Source: Octopus vulgaris (lineage: Eukaryota). From it: a DNA stretch of 64,000 bases. The first letter of the stretch is position 1. Every line of letters begins with the position of its first letter. The notes under the pieces were generated by a model. That model made no database searches. It was not told where the DNA came from and was given only the letters and a program-made list of their open reading frames with translations. This document shows, piece after piece, positions 53,287-64,000 of the stretch. The position numbers and the translations under genes are program-made. Location: positions 100,874,001-100,938,000 of the forward strand of contig OX597823.1 in assembly GCA_951406725.2 (NCBI GenBank), given 5' to 3'.

Positions 53287-56170
53287 GTGGCTGGTGACTT
53301 CAATGGGCATGTTGGACAACATGCTGGGGGCTTCCATGGTGTACATGGAGGCTATGGTTATAGTTCCTGCAACGAGGAGGGAACCAGGCTGCTGGAGATC
53401 TGCGATGAAAATGATCTTATGGTTTGCAACACTAACTTCAGGAAACCTACCAGCCACCTAGTCACCTACCAATCGGGCTGACATACTAGCCAAATTGACT
53501 ACATCCTTGCCAGGAAAAGGGAAAGATGGCTGCTTCCCAGGCGAAGAATGTACCCCACAACATAGACTGGTAGTTAGTGACTTTAAGATCAGGACTAAGA
53601 GGACGACCAGAAGACGACCAACATGGAGAAGAGAGATCTGGAAGCTTAAAGATCCTGCGAATGGACAGAGACTTAGGAACATATTACTTGAAGCCTTTAA
53701 CGAAGTAGAAGGGGATATAGCTTCACATGGGGTAGATGACAACTGGAGGTTTCTAAGAGACAACCTGCTGAGAGTCGCTGACCAGATCTGTGGTTGGTGC
53801 AAAGTCCCCTCTCGACCCAAAATAACATGGTGGTGGAACAATGTTGTAGATAGGATTATTAGAGAAAAGAGACAGGCTTGGAAGGACTGGAAGAGTGGTG
53901 GTAGCAGGGAATCGTATCAGACTGCCAAAAGAGAAGCTAGGAAACAAGTTTATTTAGCCAGAGGGGAAGCAGATAAGAAAAAATTTGCCAATGTTCTGCG
54001 CCGTGAGGACAAAAGACTTGAGGTATTCTGTGTTGCAAGACAGTGTGTGAGAGAGAATCGTGATGTTGTCCGCATGAATGATGGTTCTCTTGCACTGAAT
54101 GAGGCTGCAAAGAGAGAGGGCTGGAGAAGCCACTATGAAAGTTTGCTGAACAAAGAAAATGGAGAAAGAGAGTCTGCAGATTGTCGACCCGACAGAGGGA
54201 CCAGCTATCCGAGTTGACAGTACCTTGGTAGTTAAAGCAATTAAGAGTATGAAGGCAGAGAAAGCCCCCGCCTATCAGGAATTACTGCAGAGATGCTTAA
54301 AATATCTGGCAGTGTCGGCTATAGCCTAGTCACCCATATAGTTAACCAGGTGATACACAAAGGAGTTATACCCAATGACTGGTGTAGCAGCATAATAGTC
54401 AACTGCTACAAAGGTAAAGCTGACGCTCTAGATACAAATAATTACAGAGGTATCAAGTTGCTGGATCAAGTAATGAAGGTTACGGAGAGGGTCATAGCCC
54501 AACTAATTAGAAAGAGAGTTAGTTTAGATGAGATGCAGTTTGGGTTAGTGCCAGGGAAAAGTACCACTGATGCTATATTCTTGGTAAGACAGCTGCAGGA
54601 GAAATACCTAGCCAAAGATAAGCCCCTGTACCTGGCTTTTGTTGACATGGAGAAAGCCTTCGACAGGGTTCTCCGATCCCTTATATGGTGGTCAATGAGG
54701 AAACTAGCGATAGATGATTGGTTAGTGAGAGATGTGCGAGCCATGTACAGGAACGCTGCAAGTAAAGTGAGGGTTGGCAATAAGTACAGTGAAGAATTCC
54801 GGGTAGAGGTAGGGGTCGACCAAGGTTCAGTCCTCAGCCCCCTCCTATTTATCATAGTTCTCTAGGCAATAACGAAGGAATTCAAGACAGGATGCCCCTG
54901 GGAGCTCCTATATGCTGATGACCTTGCTTTAATTGCTGAGTCACTATCAGAACTGGAGGAGAAGTTTCAGGTGTGGAAGCAAGGATTAGAATCGAAGGGC
55001 CTTAGAGTCAACCTAGCTAAAACCATAGTCCTAATATGTAGGAAGATTGACAAATCACAAACGCCTTCAGGTAGATGGCCCTGCTCGATCTGTAGAAAAG
55101 GCATAGGTAGAAACTCTATAAGATGCACCAAGTGTAAGCTATGGACACATAAGAGATGCAGCAATGTCAAAGGGAGGCTAACTAGGAAGATAGTTTTTGT
55201 ATGTGGCAGATGCTCAGGAGCAATAAACACTGAAAATGCTCAGAGAACAACTTCCGCCACATTCCAGGGAGAAAAAACTAGAAATAGTTGATAGCTTCCA
55301 TTACCTAGGTGACCAAGTCAGTAGTGGGGGCGGGTGTGCTGAAAGTGTAACTGCTAGAGTAAGAATAGCCTGGGCAAAGTTCTCTGCTGGTGACAAAAGG
55401 CCTCTCGCTCAGAGTAAAAGGCAGACTGTATGAACAGCCATGCTACATGGCAGTGAAACATGGGCTGTGACTGCTGAGCATATGCATAAGCTCGCAAGAA
55501 ATGAAGCCAGTATGCTCTGATGGATGTTTAATGTCAGTGTGCATACTCGACAGAGTGTAAGTACCTTGAGAGAAAAGTTGGACCTAAGAAGCATCAGTTG
55601 TGGTGTGCAAGAGAGACGTTTGCGCTGGTATGGTCATGTTGCGAGAATGGATGAAGATAGTTGTGTGAAAATGTGCCGCACCCTAGCTGTTGAGGGAACC
55701 TGTGGAAGAGGTAGACCCAGGAAGACCTGGGATGAGGTGGTGAAGCATGACCATCGAACTTTAGGTCTCACCGAGGAAATGACTAGAGACCGAGACCAAT
55801 GGAAGTATGCTGTGCGTAAGAAGACCCGGCAGGACAAGTGAGGCCATAACCCGTGGCCTCTACCTGGGATGTAGCCAGTCCACTTATGCATACCTTTCCT
55901 TCTTGGGACACAAAACTCTATTTGTGACGACCTGTTGAGGCAAGTGAAAATCAAAATCGAAATTGATCGACATCAATGGTAATTGTAGCTGTGATACCAG
56001 TGCCGGTGGCACGTAAGAGAACCAGCCGAACGTGGCCGTTGCCAGCGCTGCCCCGACTGGCCTCCGTGCCAGTGGGACGTAAAAAGCATCATCCGATCGT
56101 GGCTGTTGCCAGCCTCGCCTGGCCTCCATGCCGGTGGCACGTAAAAAGCACCGTCCGATCGTGGCCGTTT
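53287..56170 (+). mobile_element. RTE LINE (5'-truncated, decayed) with a PHD-like insert in the RT and a tandem-repeat 3' UTR
   Basis: GDFNGHVG, QHRLVV, NYRGIKLL, FVDMEKAFD, QGSVLSP, YADDL, RLRWYGHV, GRPRKTW. Confidence 0.93.
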
Positions 56171-56232
56171 TTTCCTTGTAAGTTTGGATTTTATTCCCTC
56201 AAATAATAATTATATATATATATATATATATA

Positions 56233-59200
56233 TCTTCCCGTCTGTCTTGATAGACAATGAGTCGCGCCAAGGGTGGGGCCTACTTTGATGATGAGCAGCG
56301 TCTGCTGTGACTGAACAGTCCAATTCTAGAGTGGCAGTCCCTGGTACAGTTGCTGCACACGAACATCGATGGGTACGTGTGGGGTGTTGCTGCAGTTGTC
56401 CTCCTCCTGTCCCGCCTGTCCGACCACAGCTGTGCTCTCCTTTCCTCAGCCATGGAAACGCCTTTCCTCACTGTCAGGCAGAGCGGTCAGCAGCTGTTAC
56501 CTCCCACGTGTCCACACAGATGTTAGCAGTCCTCAGGTCGCGCTTGCACACATCCCTATCGTAGCTGTGGACGTCCCTTGGGTCGGGATCCCGTGGTGAG
56601 TTCGCTGTACAGGATGTCTTTAGGCATGCGACCGTCCTGCATGCGGCAGACGTGTCCGAGCCAGCGCAGTCGTCTCCGCACGAGGAGGGCATGCATGCTT
56701 GGCATATTAGTCTGTTCTAGGATGACTCCGTTTGGTACTCGGTCCTTCCAGGAGATGCCAAGGATCCGTCGAAGACACCGCATGTGGAAGCCGCTGAGGC
56801 GGCATTCTTGCCGGGTGTATGTTGTCCAGCTCTCGCTGCCGTAGAGTAGGGTGCTCAGCACGCAGGCTCGGTACACTGCGATCTTGGTGGTTATTGTGAG
56901 CATGTTGTTTTCCCACACTCTCCTGGAGAGCTTAGCCATGGCAGCAGCAGCCTTCCCAATCCGTCTGTTCAGCTCCGGCTCGAGGGACAGGCTGCTGGAG
57001 ACCGTCGATCCCAGGTAAGTGAACTCGTTCACCACCTGCAAGCTGTGGTCGCCGACACTGATGCTGGGGACCCCTCCGACGTCCTGGCCCATGATCTCTG
57101 TCTTTTTCAGGCCGATGGTAAGGCCGAACTCTTGGCAGGCATCCGCCAGGGAGCTGACCAGCCTCTGGAGACCCGGCTGGTTGTGTGATGTTAGGGCGGC
57201 ATCGTCAGCAAAGAGGATCTCTCTGATCAGCACCTGACGGACTTTGGTCTTAGCTCTGAGGCGCGCAAGATTGAACAATCCACCATCAGCCCTGGTGTGG
57301 AGGAACACTCCGTCGTCGGACGTTCTGAAGGCATAGGACAGGACAAGGGAGAAGAAAATTCCGAAGAGCGTCGGCGCCAGAACGCAACCCTGTTTCACTC
57401 CACTCTGGATGGGGAACGACTCCGAGGGCGATCCGTCAAACTGCACTGTTCCCTGCATACCGTCGTGAAAGGAGGTGATGAGTTTCAGCAGTCTGGGAGG
57501 GCAACCTATCCTACCCAGGAGCGCAAACAGCCCCTCCCTGCTGACTGAGTCGAACGCCTTAGCCAGGTCGATGAAGGCCACGTATAGGGGCTGTCTCTGT
57601 TCTCGACTCTTTTCTTGAAGCTGCCTGAGTGAGAAGATCATGTCGATTGTAGACCTCTCTGCCCTAAAGCCAGACTGAGACTCGGGGTACACACGCTCTG
57701 CAAGCATTTGCAACCTCTTCAGGACCACCCTGGCAAATGCCTTACCGACAGTGCTGAGCAGTGATATGCCCCTGTAATTATTACAGTCGCTTCTGTCCCC
57801 TTTGTTTTTATACAGTGTGATGATGTTTGCGTCACGCATATCCTTAGGGACAGAGCCCTCCTCCCAGCACTGACAGAGCAGCTCGTGAAGATGGCCCAGA
57901 AGGGCTGGCTTCCCGCACTGGATGACTTCTGCGGGGATGCCGTCTTGCCCTGGTGCCTTGCCCCGAGCGAGTGAGTCAATTGCTTTGCTCAGTTCTTCCT
58001 TTGTTGGAGGCAGGTCAAGCTCCTCCATGACAGGCAGAGCAGGAATGCCGGCGAGGGCAGACCTGGTGACCACATTCTCAGTGGAGTAGAGGTTCTGGTA
58101 ATGCTCGACCCACCTCTCCACCTGCTTCGCTTGGTCCTTGATGACCTCGCCATCCCTGGACTTCAGTGGAGCAACCTTGCTGACAGTGGGCCCGAATGCT
58201 TTCTTCATCCCCTCGTACATCCCTTTCACGTTACCACTGTCAGCACAGCACTGGATGTTCTGGCATAAGTTCTGCCAGTAGATGTTGGCGCAACGTCTGG
58301 CCGTCCTCTGGGCGTCGCTTCTGGCTGTTCTCAGAGTAGCCAGGTTCTTTTCTGATGGGTCGCGCTTATAGTTGACCAGTGCTTCCCTCTTGGCAGCAAT
58401 GACAGGCTCCATCTCAGGCAGGTGAGCTTCAAACCAGTCTTGATTTCTCCGCTCCCTCTTTCCTAGGGACGACATGGCTATTCTGCAAGTGGTGTCGCGA
58501 ATAAGCTGCCATCTCTCCTCGATGGACGTGGCTGCGTGATCTTTAAGGGCCTCCTCCATGCGGTTGGTGAATTCCGAGCGGAGGTCGGGGTTGGTTGTCC
58601 TGGTGGTGTTGATGCGTGGGCGGCTTTTCCCTACGGGACGGCGGATTTTCTTTGGGGCCAATCGGACCCTGCTGCACACCAGAGAGTGGTCTGTATCACA
58701 GTCAGCACCATGGTAGCTGCGTGTGAGAAGCACACTTCCGAGGTGGGCTCGCCAGGTGATGACCATGTCCAGTTGGTGCCAGTGTCCGGACCTTGGGTGC
58801 CTCCATGAGACCTGGTGTTGTGGCTTAGTCATGAAGAATGTGTTGGTAACGCAGAGTTTCAGGTAAGAGCAAAGCTCCAACAGTCTCTGGCCATTCTCAT
58901 TCATCTTCCCCACGCCAAAGCGTCCAAGGCAATCTGGCCATGCCCCATGATCGGATCCCACCCTTGCGTTGAAGTCGCCCAGAAGGAAGATGGGCTCCGA
59001 CCCTGGTATCTGGCTGATGGTGGCGTCGAGCTCCTCATAGAACCGGTCTTTTATTTCCTGAGGAGAGTGGAGTGTTGGGGCATAAGCACTAATTATGTTT
59101 ACCTTCCCCGTTGATGTTGCAAGGCCAAGAGTGAGGATGCGCTCTGAGCCATTTGAAGGAGGGATCGCCATGGGGAGCAAGCTGTTCCTCACGGCAAACC

Positions 59201-60015
59201 CCACGCCATGCTGGCGGGCCTCTTCGACGGGTCTCCCCTGCCAGTAGAAGGTGTAGTCCTTCTCCCGTAGCATGCCGTCTGCGGTGAGCCTGGTCTCTTG
59301 CAGCGCCGCTATGTCGATGTTCAGCCTTTTCAATTCGGTGTTGATGACTGCTGTCTTCCTACTGTCGTTCATCTGTCGTAGATCGTCAATGATGCCAGGG
59401 CACATGGTCCTGACATTCCAGGTGGCCAGTCGCAAGACTGGTGACTGGGTATTTGTTTTTCCTTTGTTTGCTGGTGCAGGGTTTTCAGTCTGCTTTTCAG
59501 ATTTTGTCCTAGCTCCAAGCACACATTGAAGCGGGCAGTCTGTGGCGGGTCAGCACCATTATTGGCCGGGGGCTGCCCAGCTTAAGGCGGGCGGTAGCTG
59601 ACCAGTGGGACTTCAATGATCCTTCCCACCGTTAGAGACGGCCCGTAGCGCCCGGGATTACGCCAATCGATGGAGTAGTTTCTCCATGGCGCAAGCCTGG
59701 GCGGTAGGAACGAAGACACTGGGCTGCCCAGACACCAGAATCTCCCTCTCGGCCACCCCAGACATAATCCAAAGGAATGCAGTGCAGTACGTTTGGAGTC
59801 TGGTTGGCTGCAGGAGTTGCCGGAAAAGAGTCGAGATTCGACACCCTACTGCCTTCGGGACTCCACTCCGGATTTTCTGTCTGGGTTTACTCCCATAGCC
59901 TTTCCCTCTCCCAAGAGCATCCGCAAGGCAGCAGAGCAAGGGTTTGGAGTCAGAGTTTTCCTTCTCCTAGACTGGCTGCCAACCAAGGCTAACGAGCCCA
60001 GTCTGCCCACCTGGT
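56233..60015 (-). mobile_element. Near-complete GC-rich RTE/BovB-like LINE inserted in (TA)n
   Basis: ~500-nt 5' UTR starting with an RTE-type GGCAGACTGGGCTC..TCTAGGAGAAGGAAAACTCTG; 3' stem-loop TGTCT-ATCA-AGACA; (TA)n on both sides. Confidence 0.93.
56280..59522 (-). CDS. RTE APE-endonuclease/RT polyprotein; 988 codons open, C-terminus frameshifted
   Basis: ATWNVRT, LQETR, GDFNARVG, TDHSLV, YRGISLL, GVKQGCVLAP, FADDA. Two small lesions (~56558 and ~56475) detach DVCKRDL and the C-terminal FVCSNCTRDCHSRIGLFSH zinc finger. Confidence 0.9.
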
Positions 60016-60017
60016 TA

Positions 60018-60053
<36 letters not shown>

Positions 60054-60060
60054 CTCTCTC

Positions 60061-60448
60061 TTTACTCTTTTACTTGTTTCAGTCATTTGACTGCGGCCAT
60101 GCTGGAGCACTGCCTTTTTAATTGAGCAACTCGACCGCAGGACTTATTCTTTGTAAGCCCAGTACTTATTCTATCGGTCTCTTTTGCTGAAACGCTAAGT
60201 GACGGGGACGTAAACACACCAGCATCGGTTGTCAAGCAATGCTAGGGGGACAAACACAGACACACACACATATATATATATACATATATACGACAGGCTT
60301 CTTTCAGTTTCCGTCTACCAAATTCACTCACAAGGCATTAGTCGGCCTGGGGCTATAGCAGAAGACACTTGCCCAAGATGCCATGCAGTAGGACTGAAAC
60401 CGGAACCATGTGGTTGGTATACAAGCTACTTACCACACAGCCACTCCT
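60061..60448 (-). mobile_element. Full-length tRNA-derived SINE
   Basis: A box TGGCTGTGTGG, B box GGTTTCAGTCC, central microsatellite, tail GTGCTCCAGCATGGCCGCAGTCAAATGACTGAAAC. Confidence 0.9.
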
Positions 60449-60711
60449 ACACACATAAATATATATACACACATACATATACACCTATATATATACATAC
60501 ATAAATATATATATACACGTATATATACACACACACACATATATATATACATAAATATATATACATATATATGTATATATATATACATATATATATGTGT
60601 GTATATATATATATATACACACACACATATATATATACATATATATATATACATGCATATATATATATGCACATACATATTTATATACATACATATATAC
60701 ATATATATACC

Positions 60712-61290
60712 TCATCATCATCATCATCATCATCATCGTTTAACGTCCGTTCTCCATGCTAGCATGGGTTGGACGGTTCGACCGGGGATCTGGGAAGCCA
60801 GAAGGCTGCACCAGGCTCCAGTCTTATCTGGCAATGTTTCTACAGCTGGATGCCCTTCCTAACACCAACCACTCCGTGAGTGTAGTGGGTGCTTTTTACA
60901 TGCCACCCGCACAGGTGCCAGGGGAGACTAGCAACGGCCATGGTCGGATTGGTGCATTTTACGTGCCACCGGCACGGAAGCCAGTCGAGGCGGCGCTGGC
61001 ATCGGCCACGATTCGGATAGTGCTTTTTACGTACCACCAGTCCAGGGGTCCTGGCATCTGCCGGGTGCCAGTCATAGGATTGGTTCAATTTCGATTCCGA
61101 TTTCGATTTCGATTTCACTTGCCCCAACATGTCTTCGCAAGTAGAGGGGGTTGGCATGTTCGCAAGCAGAGGGGGTTGGCATGGGTGCCTGTCGTTGGAT
61201 GAGGTTCGATATCGACTTCGCTTGCCTCAACAGGTCTTTGTGTCCAAGGGAGGAAAGGCATGCATAAGTGGGCTGGGCTCACTTGTCCTG
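60712..61290 (-). mobile_element. RTE LINE 3' UTR with (CAT)n tail
   Basis: Reverse complement matches 55860-56170. Confidence 0.88.
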
Positions 61291-61681
61291 CCTATATATA
61301 TACATAGATATATATATATACAGTGGTCGTTTACTGTCAACTCAATGTGACATTCCCGTAAGCGAATTACACCACCGCCATTTAGCCCGAGGAAACGTCG
61401 ACGTCTCCTGTCGGCTTTGACACATTTTCTGTGTCCTTATATTTGCAAAGGGGAGGCAATCACCCCCGCATGCCGGGACAAGGCACCTGAAGACATATGT
61501 TTCTGAGTGTATTGCTCATTGCCAGTTCAGGGTAGCCTGCCTCGCTCGCTGAGATGACCGCAACCTCTCTGCAAATATATCATATTATCAGTAAAATTTA
61601 TTTACTGATCACCAAAATTAGAAATATTGAATTTCTAAATGTCTCAAAGAGACATTTAGAAATTCAATATTTCTAATATAT

Positions 61682-61748
<67 letters not shown>

Positions 61749-62019
61749 CACATATATTTACACATATATATATAAATATATACATACATTCACATATATT
61801 TACACATATATATATAAATATACACATACATATATATACATACATATACACACACACACATATATATATACTCATACATATAAATACACACACATACATA
61901 TATATACACATATACATATATATACACATACATATATATAAATGTACACATACATATATATAATTACACACATACATATATATATATATATACACACACA
62001 TACCTATATATAAATATAC

Positions 62020-62058
<39 letters not shown>

Positions 62059-62065
62059 CATACAT

Positions 62066-62123
<58 letters not shown>

Positions 62124-62203
62124 AACTATCTTAATTTTGAACAAAAAAGACGTATAAATAACTGCATCATTTATGGGATGAGCTAATATATATATATATA
62201 TAT

Positions 62204-62416
62204 ATCACAATCAAGGAACGGCCATAATAGGCCATTCACCCACTAGAAATAACAGCCAAAAGCTTTAACCGCAAAATAACATCAATTCCGTAAACCAGGA
62301 GAAAATTAAAAAACATTTACCCTGGTTTACGGAATTGATGTTATTTTGCGGTTAAAGCTTTTGGCTGTTATTTCTAGTGGGTGAATGGCCTATTATGGCC
62401 GTTCCTTGATTGTGAT
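62204..62416. repeat. Perfect inverted repeat, 96-bp arms, 21-nt loop
   Basis: 62204-62299 is the exact reverse complement of 62321-62416; (TA)n on the left, ~100-nt extension then (TA)n on the right. Confidence 0.97.
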
Positions 62417-62516
62417 GTTGAACTTAAAAATGGTTTATGACTATTTAATTTTTTCCCACTAGGCCGCTGGTGGCAAAAGAATTCTACAAAATTTTTTTTT
62501 TTGCCACCCTATATTG

Positions 62517-62561
<45 letters not shown>

Positions 62562-62587
62562 TCATGTATATATATATATCAATCATC

Positions 62588-62625
<38 letters not shown>

Positions 62626-62633
62626 TATATATA

Positions 62634-63448
62634 TCTATATATATAAAAGTGAAGTTGTGTGAGTGTCTGTCTCCTACGATTTAGATTCCTAACTACTCCC
62701 ACATTTTGCGGTGCAGTTTAACCAAATTCGGGTATCTTATAGTCGTGATTAATATCGAGCCCGTCTGGGTATTAGCGCGCGTCTACGATGAGTCTACGAT
62801 TTTAAAAATAATTTACCATAATTTTTTTCCATTTTAACGCATATTTTTTCGTGTGTCGATGGCGGCGGAGTTGGCGTCCATGCTCACACCTGCACCTGTG
62901 TTGCTTCTCCCCCTTCTTCCCTCCCTCGTGAAGCTGTGGGGAAGGGAGTGTAAGGAAATCAACGTCGTAATGCGTTGTCAAGGAGACCAGCGTTCTTTTA
63001 GAACAACGACTTCATGGCTTGAAGTCGCCAAAACAGAAATCGCTAAAAAAACTGAAACAGATCCACAAAAACGGCAAAAACCGCCACACAGGGCAGGTTT
63101 CCTGTGCAAACAATTTGCACAACCGAATGTTTTAGTTGTTGCACAAATCTTTATATAGTCGTGATTCATATCGAGCCCTTCTGGGTATTAGTGCGCGTCT
63201 ACGATAAGTCTACGATTTAAAAAATAATTTACCATAATTTTTTTCCATTTTAATGCATTTTTTTGCTATTATATAAGGGAAGTAACTCTCTAAAAATGTC
63301 TACGATGAGTCAACGATTTAAAAAAATTTACTATAATTTTTTTTCCATTTTTAATGCATTTTTTTGCTATTTTTTGGCTATAACTCTCTAAAAATGCTTT
63401 ATAGTTATTTCCCTTACAAACCCGAGCAACGCCGGGCGATACTGCTAG
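62634..63448 (+). mobile_element. Non-autonomous Helitron with internal duplications and a GC-rich cargo segment
   Basis: A|TCTATATATATAAAAG ... CCCGAGCAACGCCGGGCGATACTGCTAG|T. Confidence 0.92.
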
Positions 63449-63658
63449 TATATATATATATATATCATATATATACAAAATTAGAAAATGGAGAAACATA
63501 CTTAAATCAATCAAACATCAACCATCAGATGATACCCAATCAATACTTTATTACACCATTACATAACAGCAAAGGCATTATACAAAATATATTGTAAATA
63601 TAATTAGACAAGGAAATAGAAATATAAAATATAAAATATAATATATAATTATATCATA

Positions 63659-63769
63659 TCTGACAGCTGTTTCGGCCGTAAGGACAAGTATGCCTCATTT
63701 AACCTATAAGCCATATAAGGCAGGTATAAATGAGACATTAACAAGGAAGTCCCACGGCCTCTTCAGAGA
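63659..63769 (-). ncRNA. Type I hammerhead ribozyme (Penelope-type) with extended stem II
   Basis: TCT-CTGAAGA-GGCCGT...ACGGCC-GAAA-CAGCTG-TC-AGA: intact core, palindromic stem III, 3-bp stem I; AATAAA and a T-rich tail lie downstream on the same strand. Confidence 0.8.
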
Positions 63770-64000
63770 ATTTAATTTATTATAAGTGTGAAAAAAATTT
63801 TTTTACATATAAATATAAAAATATAAAATATAAAAACGTGTGCATAGACACTCATAATACTACACATATATATATATATACTCATTAATATAATAATACA
63901 AAATAAACAAAATATATCAATATACATTAACAAACACAGTTATTCTACATATTGGGCTTCTAGTTCCAAAACTAACCTACAGGAAAATATGCACACTCAC

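Noticed and set aside
55980-56170. CRISPR-like array of ~60-bp repeats
   Set aside because: Eukaryotic context, no unique spacers; these are tandem subrepeats of the RTE 3' UTR
59522-60015. HDV-like ribozyme in the RTE 5' UTR
   Set aside because: Plausible for the clade, but I could not identify the nested double-pseudoknot elements by eye
63711-63720. Perfect CArG boxes in the hammerhead stem II loop (CCATATAAGG) and in the RTE RT (CCTTATATGG, 54679-54688) as distal SRF enhancers
   Set aside because: Isolated 10-mers inside repeats are expected by chance in AT-rich DNA and have no supporting motif cluster

Overview
AT-rich, microsatellite-laden animal genomic DNA, most likely an octopus or other coleoid cephalopod. 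This is inferred from the tRNA-derived SINEs, the (TA)n/(CA)n density and the repeat families. There is one clear host gene: an intronless serum response factor (SRF, MADS-box) CDS on the minus strand (16875-18476), with two perfect CArG boxes ~360 bp upstream, consistent with autoregulation. Most of the rest is a nested transposon landscape: a Penelope-like RT+GIY-YIG element; R4/Dong-like fragments; two mariner relics; an IR/DR-type Tc1 whose right TIR is split by a Helitron; a decayed autonomous Helitron plus several non-autonomous relatives; a CR1-group LINE; two RTE families (one with a PHD finger inside its RT, one near-intact and GC-rich); SINEs and MITEs. The most unusual signal is a recurring class of head-to-head foldback insertions in (TA)n tracts, associated with hammerhead-ribozyme motifs and Penelope-type tails. 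It includes a canonical hammerhead with a very long stem II and an 11-nt insertion in the CR1 RT that matches the end of one foldback arm. The many YIYI-type ORFs are microsatellite artefacts. Element boundaries are read by eye and are approximate where stated.
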